Positions 7,377 to 19,527 of a stretch of 64,000 bases of DNA are shown piece after piece. The notes beneath the pieces were generated by a model. It ran no database searches. It worked only from the letters and a program-made list of their open reading frames with translations, and was not told the DNA's origin. The DNA comes from an uncultured Gammaproteobacteria bacterium. GTDB taxonomy: Bacteria > Pseudomonadota > Gammaproteobacteria > PS1 > Pseudothioglobaceae. The stretch lies in NCBI GenBank assembly GCA_902513495.1, contig CABXNH010000001.1:5858-69857 (forward strand), given 5' to 3'. A program made the translations under genes and the position numbers. How positions within the stretch are numbered: position 1 is the stretch's first letter; every line of letters begins with the position of its first letter.

Positions 7377-8512
7377 TCACTTATTTCCTTATTTGATTTA
7401 ACCCCAAGCGCTTTCAGTCTTTCTGCTCTACTAATTAAGTTACCTTTGCCTGTTGATAACTTATTTCTAGCGCTTGAGAAGCCTTCTTTAGTTTTTTCAA
7501 GTTGACTCTCAATCTTATCTAAATCCTCAACAAAAAGTGCTAACTTGTCATACATTCCAGCTGCCTGACGCGCAATCTCGTCAGCATTTTTATTTTGTTT
7601 ATCCGTTTGCCACATAAAGTTGACTGTCTTTAGACTCATACTCAACATGGATGGTGAGACCAGCATGATATTTTTCTTAAGAGCGTCGTCAAATAAACTA
7701 TGCTTATGTTGAAGAGCAATAAGAAGAGCCCCCTCAATAGGAATAAAAACAAAAATAAAGTCTAGGCTCCTGACACCTTCAAGGTTTTCATACTCTTTAA
7801 TGCTAATATTTTTTATTTGGTTTTCAATCGAAGCAATATGTTTTTTTAAAGCTAACTCATTAGACTGATCAGCGACATAGTCAACGTAGTCTTTTAGTGA
7901 CACCTTAGAATCAATAACGACATCCTTTCCCTCTGGCAGATGAAGAATAACGTCAGGCTTAAATTTTTCACCCATTTCATTTTTATATTGCTTTTGAAGA
8001 TCGAACTCGACCCCTTCTTGAAATCCATAACTTGATAAAAGAGAGCTTAATATCTCTTCTCCCCAGTCACCCTGAATTTTGTTGTCATAGGTTAGCGCAT
8101 CCGTCAAATTCTTTGCTGACTGCTGTGTTTCAAGGTTTGCAACATGAAGAGACTTAATTTGCTCTTTAAGGGTAGTTCTTTCCTCAACCTGTTCTTTTGT
8201 AATTGTCTCAATCCTATCCCTAAAGCTTTTAAGCTGAGTTTGAAGCGGCGTCAACAAGTCAGAATTATCTACCTTAAGCTTATCACGGTCTGTCTTCAAA
8301 ATATCTGTCGCGATAGTCTTAAACTCATTATTAACTTGGCTCTTTAGATGTTCGACAAGCTGAATTTTTTCAGCATAATTCTTTTCTTTCTCATCCAGTT
8401 TTGTCTCAAGCTGAGTATTTTTTTGAGAAATTGAGAATAATTTCTTATTCAGTACATAGTAGCTAAATGCTGCACCAATGAGTAGAGAAACTAAACCAAT
8501 TAAAATATTCAT
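7373..8512 (-). CDS. rmuC: DNA recombination protein RmuC
   Basis: N-terminal TM segment plus coiled coil. QGDWGEEIL, KPDVILHLP, VIDSKVSL, FIPIEGA, LSTGKGNL. Confidence 0.93.
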   Translation of the reverse strand: MNILIGLVSLLIGAAFSYYVLNKKLFSISQKNTQLETKLDEKEKNYAEKIQLVEHLKSQVNNEFKTIATDILKTDRDKLKVDNSDLLTPLQTQLKSFRDRIETITKEQVEERTTLKEQIKSLHVANLETQQSAKNLTDALTYDNKIQGDWGEEILSSLLSSYGFQEGVEFDLQKQYKNEMGEKFKPDVILHLPEGKDVVIDSKVSLKDYVDYVADQSNELALKKHIASIENQIKNISIKEYENLEGVRSLDFIFVFIPIEGALLIALQHKHSLFDDALKKNIMLVSPSMLSMSLKTVNFMWQTDKQNKNADEIARQAAGMYDKLALFVEDLDKIESQLEKTKEGFSSARNKLSTGKGNLISRAERLKALGVKSNKEISE

Positions 8513-8635
8513 AAGGTTACATTTAAATCAATAATTAATGGATGTTTAGTAGTAATCATAAAATAGACAAACACAGTGGGTTATAAACTTAGTAAAATTT
8601 TATATAGAATTATAACGCTTAGACATCTATAAGCC

Positions 8636-9340
8636 ATGATACTTTTTAGATCACTATTGTACTTTGTTGGTTCAATTATTAGTTTAATTTTGATCGCTTT
8701 GATCGGCTTTTTGCTCATTTTTTCAAGTTATCCAACCCGTCAAAAATTTCTTTCTCAATGGGCTATATTTTGCATATGGTGGTTAAAAGTCACTGTGAAT
8801 ATTAAAACTAAAGTGATTGGTCAAGAAAATATAATTAAATCCTCTTCCATCATAGTCTCCAACCATCAATCTACATGGGAAACCCTGGCATTTCAAACAA
8901 TCTTTCCAGCCCATACTTGGGTGTTAAAACGTGAACTTCTATGGCTCCCTATATTTGGATGGAGTCTTGCGCTATTAAAGCCAATTATTATTAATCGTGG
9001 TGACAAACTAAATGCTATTAAAAAAGTGATAAATCAGGGGGCAGATAGACTCAACAATGGAGTCTCGGTGGTTATTTATCCCGAAGGAACAAGGCAGCCT
9101 TATGGTGAATTAGGTGCCTATCAAAACGGGGGTAGCGCAATTGCAAAGAAAACGGGTTATAGTATTACACCAGTGTATCATAATGCTGGCAAGCTATGGC
9201 CTAAGGGTAGCTTTTTAAAAAAACCTGGAGAAATTACTGTAGTTATTGGAGAGGCAATTCCAAATTCTAGATTAAAGACTTCAGAGGTTACTGAAAAAAT
9301 TAGGCAGTGGACCTTAAAGCAAGAAAATAAATTTAAATAA
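8636..9340 (+). CDS. plsC: 1-acyl-sn-glycerol-3-phosphate acyltransferase
   Basis: NHQSTWE and YPEGTR acyltransferase motifs. Confidence 0.9.
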   Translation: MILFRSLLYFVGSIISLILIALIGFLLIFSSYPTRQKFLSQWAIFCIWWLKVTVNIKTKVIGQENIIKSSSIIVSNHQSTWETLAFQTIFPAHTWVLKRELLWLPIFGWSLALLKPIIINRGDKLNAIKKVINQGADRLNNGVSVVIYPEGTRQPYGELGAYQNGGSAIAKKTGYSITPVYHNAGKLWPKGSFLKKPGEITVVIGEAIPNSRLKTSEVTEKIRQWTLKQENKFK

Positions 9341-9364
9341 TCGTGATCAATTAATATATAAATT

Positions 9365-9862
9365 ATGTCTGAAACAACCTCAACCTACAAAATTTTTCAT
9401 AATAGAACAGCTGAAAACATCAAGTTTGAAATTTGCAGATTAAGAGAGTCTGCACTCAATACGAACAGTCGAATAGATGAAAGGAATAACCTTGAGTTTA
9501 TCGAAACCTTGCTAAACGAACAAATTCTTGACTTTAAAGCGCTAAATCCATCTAAAAGACAATTAACAACTAGATCTGATTGGCATAATTTTTTAGTCAA
9601 TAAAACCAAGCTAAGCTTTAATGAATGTCTTTTGATACTTCTAGGTATTAATCCTATTCATGCTAAACAATTAGATTCTGATTTATATAAAACTAAATTG
9701 AATGATGTAACCAATATGAAAAAAGACTCATTAAATCTAATATTTTTTCAAAGGGTAGAAAATCACCTTTTAAGAGAGAGATTCCAAAGCGACTCTATTA
9801 ACAAAGAAGAGTTTATCAAATGGGCTATGGATTACAAATATTTAAGAAAAATTGAAGATTAA
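9365..9862 (+). CDS. Hypothetical protein
   Basis: 165-aa ORF filling the gap between plsC and rnt. No family recognised. Confidence 0.7.
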   Translation: MSETTSTYKIFHNRTAENIKFEICRLRESALNTNSRIDERNNLEFIETLLNEQILDFKALNPSKRQLTTRSDWHNFLVNKTKLSFNECLLILLGINPIHAKQLDSDLYKTKLNDVTNMKKDSLNLIFFQRVENHLLRERFQSDSINKEEFIKWAMDYKYLRKIED

Positions 9863-10461
9863 TCCTTCAACATTAGCTTATGTGAATTAAATATTTTACA
9901 AAAAAGTTCTGATGTTTTTTGCGTATCGTAAAGCGCAGAGTGTGCCTCATTATTATCCCACTCAATGTCCATTTTAGATATCGCTTTAGCGAGTACTGTT
10001 TCACCGCAATAAAGGGCAGATAAGCTTACGGTATCTATCGTTGAAAATTGATGGAATGGGCTTTTTAGGGCTGTTCTTAGTGTAGCTGCCTTTAAGAACC
10101 CAAGATCAAAAAATGCATTGTGGCCAACGAGAATAGATCGAGAACACTCTTCTTTGGCTAATTCTTCGTTAATGTGATTAAATATTTCTGATAATGCTTT
10201 CTTTTCACTAACAGCGAGCCTAAAAGGGTTATCAATATCAATGCCATTAAATTTGATTGCAGAGGGCTCAATATTTGCTCCTTTAAAAGGCTCTACATGA
10301 TAGTGCAGCGTTGTTTTTGGAAAAAAAGAGCCTTCATCATTTATACCTAGGATAATTGCACAAATCTCCAAAAGTGCGTCAGTATTTTCATTAAAGCCGG
10401 ACGTTTCAATGTCTATGACAACTGGAAGGTACCCACGGATTCTATCTTTAAGTTTCATCAA
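9859..10461 (-). CDS. rnt: Ribonuclease T
   Basis: RGYLPVVIDIETSGF, LVGHNAFFDLGF, AHSALYDT (DEDDh). Confidence 0.95.
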   Translation of the reverse strand: MMKLKDRIRGYLPVVIDIETSGFNENTDALLEICAIILGINDEGSFFPKTTLHYHVEPFKGANIEPSAIKFNGIDIDNPFRLAVSEKKALSEIFNHINEELAKEECSRSILVGHNAFFDLGFLKAATLRTALKSPFHQFSTIDTVSLSALYCGETVLAKAISKMDIEWDNNEAHSALYDTQKTSELFCKIFNSHKLMLKD

Positions 10462-10497
10462 TAAGCAGGACTAAAATATAATTTAATCAGAATAAAT

Positions 10498-10920
10498 CTA
10501 GATACGCCTAGAGTAAATAATAGATTTTCTTTCACAATCATAACTCTTTTGTCTTGAATTAGGAAGGGAACTTAACTCACTCTCAACAAACTCAAACCTA
10601 AAGAAGAATCTTCCACCATACTTGGATAAAGCAAAAATTGAACTTAAATTTAGTCCAGAAGCTTTATCGATTAATAACTCCATTAATCTTGTTGATGTAT
10701 TTGTATTATGAAAATTTTTACTTACAACGAGCGCGTATATTTCGCCAACATTCTCATCTTCATATAGTTTTAAACCAGCACAGGCAATAATTTGATTGTT
10801 CTTCTCTATAAAAACAAAGTCATTAATACTATTATTGATAGTTTCATGGCTTCTTTCTAATAACCTACCTTCATCTACAAAAGGTTGCATTAACTCAATA
10901 ATTTGTCTTACTTTACTCAA
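10498..10920 (-). CDS. Stand-alone ArgA-like GNAT acetyltransferase domain
   Basis: ELMQPFVDEGRLLERS, IIACAGL, LPNSRQKSYD..RKS resemble the C-terminal domain of N-acetylglutamate synthase. TTG start. Confidence 0.7.
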   Translation of the reverse strand: MSKVRQIIELMQPFVDEGRLLERSHETINNSINDFVFIEKNNQIIACAGLKLYEDENVGEIYALVVSKNFHNTNTSTRLMELLIDKASGLNLSSIFALSKYGGRFFFRFEFVESELSSLPNSRQKSYDCERKSIIYSRRI

Positions 10921-10993
10921 CTTGAAGCCTTAATTGGTATTAGAAGCGAGTTATTTTAGTCTAAAATTTGTATTTTTTTGGTAATTTAAAATA

Positions 10994-12658
10994 ATGTCAA
11001 ACACAAGAAAATATTCCTCCGTTGTAATTGATGGCTATGAGAGAGCTGCTTCCAGAGCAATGCTTTACCCTGTTGGCTTTAAAAAAGAAGATTTTAATAA
11101 ACCACAAGTTGGTATTGCGTCGACCTGGTCAATGGTTACGCCGTGCAATATGCACATCAATGATTTAGCCAGTGAAGCCGAAAAAGGGGTAAATAGTACT
11201 GGAGGAAAAGGTGTTATATTTAACACGATTACTATTTCGGATGGAATATCAATGGGATCAGAAGGCATGAAATACTCCCTAGTTTCCAGAGAAGTGATTG
11301 CTGATTCAATTGAGACAGTTACAGCTTGCCAGGGCTTTGATGGGGTTGTTGCAATTGGTGGGTGCGATAAGAATATGCCTGGATGCGTAATGGGACTTGC
11401 TAGACTGAACCGCCCTTCTGTTTTTGTTTATGGCGGAACCATTCAGCCTGGTGCTAATCATACTGATATAGTGAGCGTTTTCGAGGCTGTTGGTAAAAGA
11501 GCGAATAATGATATCAGTGATATAGAGCTTGAACAAATTGAGTCCACTGCGATCCCAGGTCCTGGTTCTTGCGGTGGAATGTATACAGCAAACACTATGG
11601 CTTCTGCAATTGAAGCTCTTGGTATGAGTCTTCCAAACTCATCCTCTCAGGATGCAATCTCCGATGACAAAAATATAGATTGTTCTAGGGCTGGTGAGGC
11701 CGTGTTAAACCTACTGGAGAAAGATATAAAGCCGAGTGATATTATGACTAAGAAGGCGTTTGAAAATGCTATCACTCTAATTATTACGCTTGGCGGATCA
11801 ACGAATGCAGTGCTTCACTTAATCGCGATGGCTGATGCTATTAATGTTGACCTAACTATCGATGACTTCACCCGAATTGGCACTAAAGTTCCTGTTCTTG
11901 CAGACCTTAAACCATCTGGTAAATACATGATGAGTGAACTGGTCCAAATTGGTGGAACACTGCCGTTAATGAAGATGCTTTTGGACGCCGGCATGCTACA
12001 CGGAGAATGTATGACAGTGACCGGAAAAACCTTAGCTGAAAACTTACAAAATGTTCAGCCGTATGATGCAGGCCAAGAAATTATCATGCCTTTAGATAAT
12101 CCGATCAAAAAGGACTCACACCTAAGAATTTTAAGGGGTAATCTTGCTACTGAAGGCGCTGTTGCCAAAATCACTGGCAAAGAAGGCTTAACTTTCAAAG
12201 GTAACGCAAAAACATTTGCATGTGAAGAAGATGCTCTTCAGGCTATTCTGAAAGATCAAATCGTTGAAGGTGATGTTATAGTCATTCGATACGAGGGACC
12301 TAAAGGAGGCCCAGGAATGAGAGAAATGTTAGCTCCTACCTCAGCTGTTATGGGGAAAGGTCTTGGTGGAAAAGTGGCTCTCATAACTGATGGAAGATTC
12401 TCAGGTGGTACACACGGCTTTGTGGTAGGCCATATTACACCTGAAGCTTATTCAGGCGGAACTCTTGCTGTTATTGAGGATGGTGATGAAATTCTAATTG
12501 ATGCTGAGAATAATCGCCTTGAACTGATAGTTGATGAGTCGATCATTAACCAAAGGCTTTCAAACTGGAAGCAGCCCAAACCTAGATACACAAAAGGCGT
12601 TCTTGCTAAATACGCTAAACTTGCTCAATCGGCTTCTCGCGGAGCAATAACTGAATGA
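10994..12658 (+). CDS. ilvD: Dihydroxy-acid dehydratase
   Basis: [35 protein letters not shown]. Confidence 0.97.
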   Translation: MSNTRKYSSVVIDGYERAASRAMLYPVGFKKEDFNKPQVGIASTWSMVTPCNMHINDLASEAEKGVNSTGGKGVIFNTITISDGISMGSEGMKYSLVSREVIADSIETVTACQGFDGVVAIGGCDKNMPGCVMGLARLNRPSVFVYGGTIQPGANHTDIVSVFEAVGKRANNDISDIELEQIESTAIPGPGSCGGMYTANTMASAIEALGMSLPNSSSQDAISDDKNIDCSRAGEAVLNLLEKDIKPSDIMTKKAFENAITLIITLGGSTNAVLHLIAMADAINVDLTIDDFTRIGTKVPVLADLKPSGKYMMSELVQIGGTLPLMKMLLDAGMLHGECMTVTGKTLAENLQNVQPYDAGQEIIMPLDNPIKKDSHLRILRGNLATEGAVAKITGKEGLTFKGNAKTFACEEDALQAILKDQIVEGDVIVIRYEGPKGGPGMREMLAPTSAVMGKGLGGKVALITDGRFSGGTHGFVVGHITPEAYSGGTLAVIEDGDEILIDAENNRLELIVDESIINQRLSNWKQPKPRYTKGVLAKYAKLAQSASRGAITE

Positions 12659-12670
12659 TGTTGGGAATGA

Positions 12671-14785
12671 TTAATTAGCTGGAATGAACTCTATCTTTCT
12701 GTCGTCAAGGTTAACGGAAGCCACCTTAACTTTAATTGTGTCTCCCAAGCGGTAAATTTTTCCACCTCTTTGTCCTTTAAGCTGATGATGAACATCATCA
12801 AAGTTAAAGTAATCCTCCTTTAAATCGCGAACGCTCACTAAGCCCTCAACAAAAACATCTGTAAGCTCTACAAACAGACCAAACCCAGCAACACCGGAAA
12901 TAACGCCACTAAAGCTATCTCCAACCTTATCTCTCATATATTCACACTTAAGCCATTGCTCAACATCCCTCGAGGCATCATCAGCTCTCCTCTCAGTCAT
13001 TGAAAGATGGGCGCCCATTTCAGCCATTCGATTGGACTGCTCACGATGATTGTTTGACAGCGACCTTTTAATGGCTCGGTGAACTAGAAGGTCAGGATAA
13101 CGACGGATTGGAGACGTAAAATGAGCATAATCTTCAAATGCTAATCCAAAATGTCCTTCATTATTAGGGGTATAGGTCGCCTGCTTCATTGTTCTTAGGA
13201 CGACTGTTTTAATAATATTCTCATCCTCCCTGCCAGTGGCATTTTTAAGTAATTTGGCAAAATCACTGGAATCAGGCTCAAGCCCTCCATCCAACTTGAG
13301 ATCAATTGCATTTAAAAATTGCCTTGTAACCTCAACCTTTTCTAGGGTTGGTTTAGGGTGAACGCGATACAAAAAATCTTCGTTTTCGCTTTGAAGGTAT
13401 TTCGCTGCAGCTTGATTGGCCATTAACATGCACTCTTCGATTAGCTTATGGGCATCATTCCTTTTACGGGCAACAATGTTTTCAATTTTTCCTTTGTCAT
13501 CGAATAGAATTTGGCTTTCAATCCTGTCAAAATCCATAACGCCTCTTTTTTGTCTTGAAATCCTAAGGGTTTGATAAAGTCCATATAAATAGTTGACATT
13601 TTCTTGAACGTTTCTGTACTTTTTTCTTAGTGGACTCTTCTTATTCTCCAGAATCTCATTAACCTCTGTGTAGGTTAAACGGGCATGGGAGAGCATTACT
13701 GCTGGATAAAACTTATATTCTAAAAGAGACCCTAGAGAATCGATTTCCATTTCACAAGCCATACAAAGTCTTTCAACTTTTGGGTTAAGAGAACATAACC
13801 CATTAGAGATAACCTCAGGCAGCATTGGTACAACTCTGTGAGGAAAATAAACAGAATTCCCTCTCTCTAAGGACTCATTATCAAGCTCAGTGCCTTCTTT
13901 AACATAGTGTGATACATCTGCAATAGCAACGATTAACTTCCATCCCTTCTCAGATGGGATAGCATAAACAGCATCATCAAAATCTCTTGAATCTTCTCCA
14001 TCAATTGTTATCAGCTTTAAATTTGTGATATCAACACGATTCTTTTTATCCTTCGTCATAACTTTAGTTGGCAGTTTGGCTGACTCTTTTAAAGCCTTGT
14101 CTCCAAAAGTAGATGGAATTTGGTGACGATGTATCGCAGAGTCAACCTCTACGCCTTCATCTAAATAATTTCCAAGTATTGAGGTGACTCTTCCGGTTGC
14201 ATTTTTTTCGAGGGTTGGTGAGGTCAGCACTTCGACCACAACGACTTGGTTGTCATTACACCCTTCTAAAAGCTTTACAATATCTATTTGGTGCTTGATG
14301 CGCTTATCATCGACAACGACGTAGCTCCCTTGATGATCGATATGAAGCCTTCCAACGAGGGTATTAACCGTCTCTGTAACTTCAACAATTTCCGCATCAA
14401 GTTTACGATTTAGAAGGCGAACTTTGACTTTGTCGCCATGAAAAGCTAGCTTCATTTGTTGACTAGAAAGTCTCAAATCTTTGCCTCCCTTATCTAGGGA
14501 AACGAAACCAAATCCTTTAGGGTTTGCGATAACAGTGCCAGATAAAAGCCCTCTGTTTGAAAAGGGACGATAAACTCCGCTTTTATTACAGCTTAACTGT
14601 TTATCTCTTACCATTGCTCTTAAACGCCTTTCAAAGGCTTTTTTTTGGTCATCTTCAATAGAAAGAAGTTCAAAAAGCTGGCGTTTACTTTTGGGTTTTT
14701 CTTGAATAAAACTTAAAATATGTTCACGAGATGGAATCGGGCTTTCATATTTTTCCGCTTCACGAAGGTAGTGAGGGTCTGACAT
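12671..14785 (-). CDS. rnr: Ribonuclease R
   Basis: TIDGEDSRDFDDA, HFTSPIRRYPDL, C-terminal S1 domain. Confidence 0.96.
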   Translation of the reverse strand: MSDPHYLREAEKYESPIPSREHILSFIQEKPKSKRQLFELLSIEDDQKKAFERRLRAMVRDKQLSCNKSGVYRPFSNRGLLSGTVIANPKGFGFVSLDKGGKDLRLSSQQMKLAFHGDKVKVRLLNRKLDAEIVEVTETVNTLVGRLHIDHQGSYVVVDDKRIKHQIDIVKLLEGCNDNQVVVVEVLTSPTLEKNATGRVTSILGNYLDEGVEVDSAIHRHQIPSTFGDKALKESAKLPTKVMTKDKKNRVDITNLKLITIDGEDSRDFDDAVYAIPSEKGWKLIVAIADVSHYVKEGTELDNESLERGNSVYFPHRVVPMLPEVISNGLCSLNPKVERLCMACEMEIDSLGSLLEYKFYPAVMLSHARLTYTEVNEILENKKSPLRKKYRNVQENVNYLYGLYQTLRISRQKRGVMDFDRIESQILFDDKGKIENIVARKRNDAHKLIEECMLMANQAAAKYLQSENEDFLYRVHPKPTLEKVEVTRQFLNAIDLKLDGGLEPDSSDFAKLLKNATGREDENIIKTVVLRTMKQATYTPNNEGHFGLAFEDYAHFTSPIRRYPDLLVHRAIKRSLSNNHREQSNRMAEMGAHLSMTERRADDASRDVEQWLKCEYMRDKVGDSFSGVISGVAGFGLFVELTDVFVEGLVSVRDLKEDYFNFDDVHHQLKGQRGGKIYRLGDTIKVKVASVNLDDRKIEFIPAN

Positions 14786-14824
14786 AATGTGCTAAGTATA
14801 AAGCAAGCTTAGTCTTTTTTAAAA

Positions 14825-17270
<2,446 letters not shown>

Positions 17271-17278
17271 AACCCGAG

Positions 17279-18136
17279 TTACTTAGATGGGTTAAAGTAA
17301 CGGAAAAACTCAGACTCTGGATTAAGGACTAAAATATCTCCCTGATCACTGAAGGATTTCTTGTAAGACTCAAGCGAGCGATAGAACGAATAAAAGTCCA
17401 CATCTTGACTGTATGCTTCGGCATAATTACTGGCAGAAATAGCATCGCCCTCACCACGAATCTTTTCAGAATCACGGTAAGCGTTGGCCAAGATAATTGT
17501 TCTTTCCTTATCTGCAAAGGCTTGAATTTTTTCCGCTTCCTCTGCGCCCTCAGAGCGGTACTTGTTTGCTAGACCTTTTCTTTCAGTTTCCATTCTGCTG
17601 TAGACTGAATTTCTAACTTCTTGAGAGAGTTCAATTCGCTTAATACGAACATCGATAACCTCGATACCATATTCATCTTCAGCAATGGCTTTAAGCTTCG
17701 TTTTTACACTTGCCATAATAGCCTCACGCTCATCAGAAACCACCTCAATGATTGTTCTCTTAGAGAATTCACTTCTGAGAGCATCCTGGTTGTTTTGAGC
17801 AAGCCTAAGGTTTGCAGATGCCATTGCGCCACCAGTTGAGATATAAAATTTCTCAGTGTCAACGATACGCCATTTAACATAAGAATCCACGACAACGTTT
17901 TTCTTTTCGACAGTTAAAAATGATTCTGCAGCAGAATCTAGGGTTTGAATACGTTTATCGAACGAGACGACGTTATTAACAAATGGCGTTTTAAACTTCA
18001 GACCAGGTTCGTTTTCAACAGAGACAATCTCACCAAGTCTCAATTTGATTGCGACCTGAGTTTCATTAACTGTATAAAGACTTGATGAAAGAAGAATCGC
18101 TAATAATGCAACTACTACAATAATTAATCTTTTCAT
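17279..18136 (-). CDS. hflC: FtsH protease modulator HflC
   Basis: SPFH domain. PGLKFKTPF, FYSFYRSLESY, SEFFRYF. Confidence 0.95.
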   Translation of the reverse strand: MKRLIIVVVALLAILLSSSLYTVNETQVAIKLRLGEIVSVENEPGLKFKTPFVNNVVSFDKRIQTLDSAAESFLTVEKKNVVVDSYVKWRIVDTEKFYISTGGAMASANLRLAQNNQDALRSEFSKRTIIEVVSDEREAIMASVKTKLKAIAEDEYGIEVIDVRIKRIELSQEVRNSVYSRMETERKGLANKYRSEGAEEAEKIQAFADKERTIILANAYRDSEKIRGEGDAISASNYAEAYSQDVDFYSFYRSLESYKKSFSDQGDILVLNPESEFFRYFNPSK

Positions 18137-19266
18137 TATCTATTCTCCCTTGAACGTAAAACACTTTGGTCATTTGAACTTCCGGATGGCGTCTGCTGGA
18201 AAGAATTACTTGATGAAGAAGATTTTGGCGTTCTTGATGAGTTAATAAGTTTATCAATTGGCAAATACATCATTGAATTAGAACTTGAATCAACAATAAC
18301 CTTATTTGTTGAACTCAAAACTTCTTCAAGTGTCTCCCTATATAAGCGCTCTCTAGTAACATCCGGAGCTTTCGTATACTCAGTAAGAATTTGGTTGAAA
18401 CGGTATGCCTCACCTTCAGATTTTGAGACTACTTCAGATTTGTATGCTTCAGCCTCTGCAAGAAGTCTTTGGCTTGCACCACGAGCCTTAGGAACAATAT
18501 CATTTGCATAGGCCCTTGCTTCGTTTATATATCTCTGTTCATCTTCGCGAGCCTTAACAACATCATCGAAAGCTGCTTTTACCTGGATAGGAGGCTGAGC
18601 ATCCTGCATAGTTACCGCTGTAATCATAAGTCCTGTGCTGTACTCATTTAAAAGTGCCTGAGAAGCAGTTTTGACTTCTTGAGCCACTTGCTCACGACCT
18701 GTTGTTAAAACATAGTCCATCGTGTTGTCACCAACCACTTGTCTTATAACACTTTGAACAACATGACTAAGGGTTAACTCTGGATTGTATACATTAAATA
18801 AATATGACTGAGCGTCAGCAATCTTGTATTGAACAGCTAATTTAACATCAACCATATTTTCATCTTTAGTAAGCATTAGTGACTCAGAGCTAACACCACC
18901 GCTATAGGAGTTTTGTACATTTCTAAACCCAATTTCAGCTGCTCGAATTTGCTCAACATTAACCTTATATACTGACTCAATTGGATAAGGAATATGCCAA
19001 TGAGGTCCCTGAGTAGCTGAAGCTTGAAAGGCACCAAATCTCAACACTACACCCCTTTCAGCTGGATCAACAATATAAATTCCTGTAGCAAGCCAAACAA
19101 TTACTGCAAGGATTATGATGTACTTAAAACTTCCTTTTGCAGCTTTGCTTGCACCAGAGTTACCTGATGATTTACTACCAAAAGTTGTATTAAATTTATT
19201 TTTAAAGTCTTTAATAACCTCGTCAAGCTCTGGAGGAGTTTGATTATTATTATCATTCCAAGCCAT
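18136..19266 (-). CDS. hflK: FtsH protease modulator HflK
   Basis: Conserved MAWN start at ATG 19266 with GGAG RBS (alternative GTG 19293). PPELDE, AFDDVVKARED, APDVTRERLY. Confidence 0.95.
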   Translation of the reverse strand: MAWNDNNNQTPPELDEVIKDFKNKFNTTFGSKSSGNSGASKAAKGSFKYIIILAVIVWLATGIYIVDPAERGVVLRFGAFQASATQGPHWHIPYPIESVYKVNVEQIRAAEIGFRNVQNSYSGGVSSESLMLTKDENMVDVKLAVQYKIADAQSYLFNVYNPELTLSHVVQSVIRQVVGDNTMDYVLTTGREQVAQEVKTASQALLNEYSTGLMITAVTMQDAQPPIQVKAAFDDVVKAREDEQRYINEARAYANDIVPKARGASQRLLAEAEAYKSEVVSKSEGEAYRFNQILTEYTKAPDVTRERLYRETLEEVLSSTNKVIVDSSSNSMMYLPIDKLINSSRTPKSSSSSNSFQQTPSGSSNDQSVLRSRENR

Positions 19267-19527
19267 TGAGGCTCCATTTTTATTATTACTCACGCAGTTT
19301 CCTTAAATAATTTAAGTTAATGTAAAGATATGGTCAAAGATAGAAAAAACAAGTGCTTTTTTATACCCCCAAAAAAAAATTAAGTTTTTATCACAAAAAC
19401 CAAAAACATATTTTACCCAATAAAGATAACAAATAGACAAATTCAAGGAGTAATAAAGTTTGAAAATCTGATGCAGTTTTTAATTATATATAGTGATAAA
19501 ATATCATTTTCTATTGACGCTAACTTT

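Noticed and set aside
7373-8512. rmuC as part of the putative repair system
   Set aside because: It is separated by trmJ, suhB and yciK and is coupled to yciK. It looks like an ordinary core gene.
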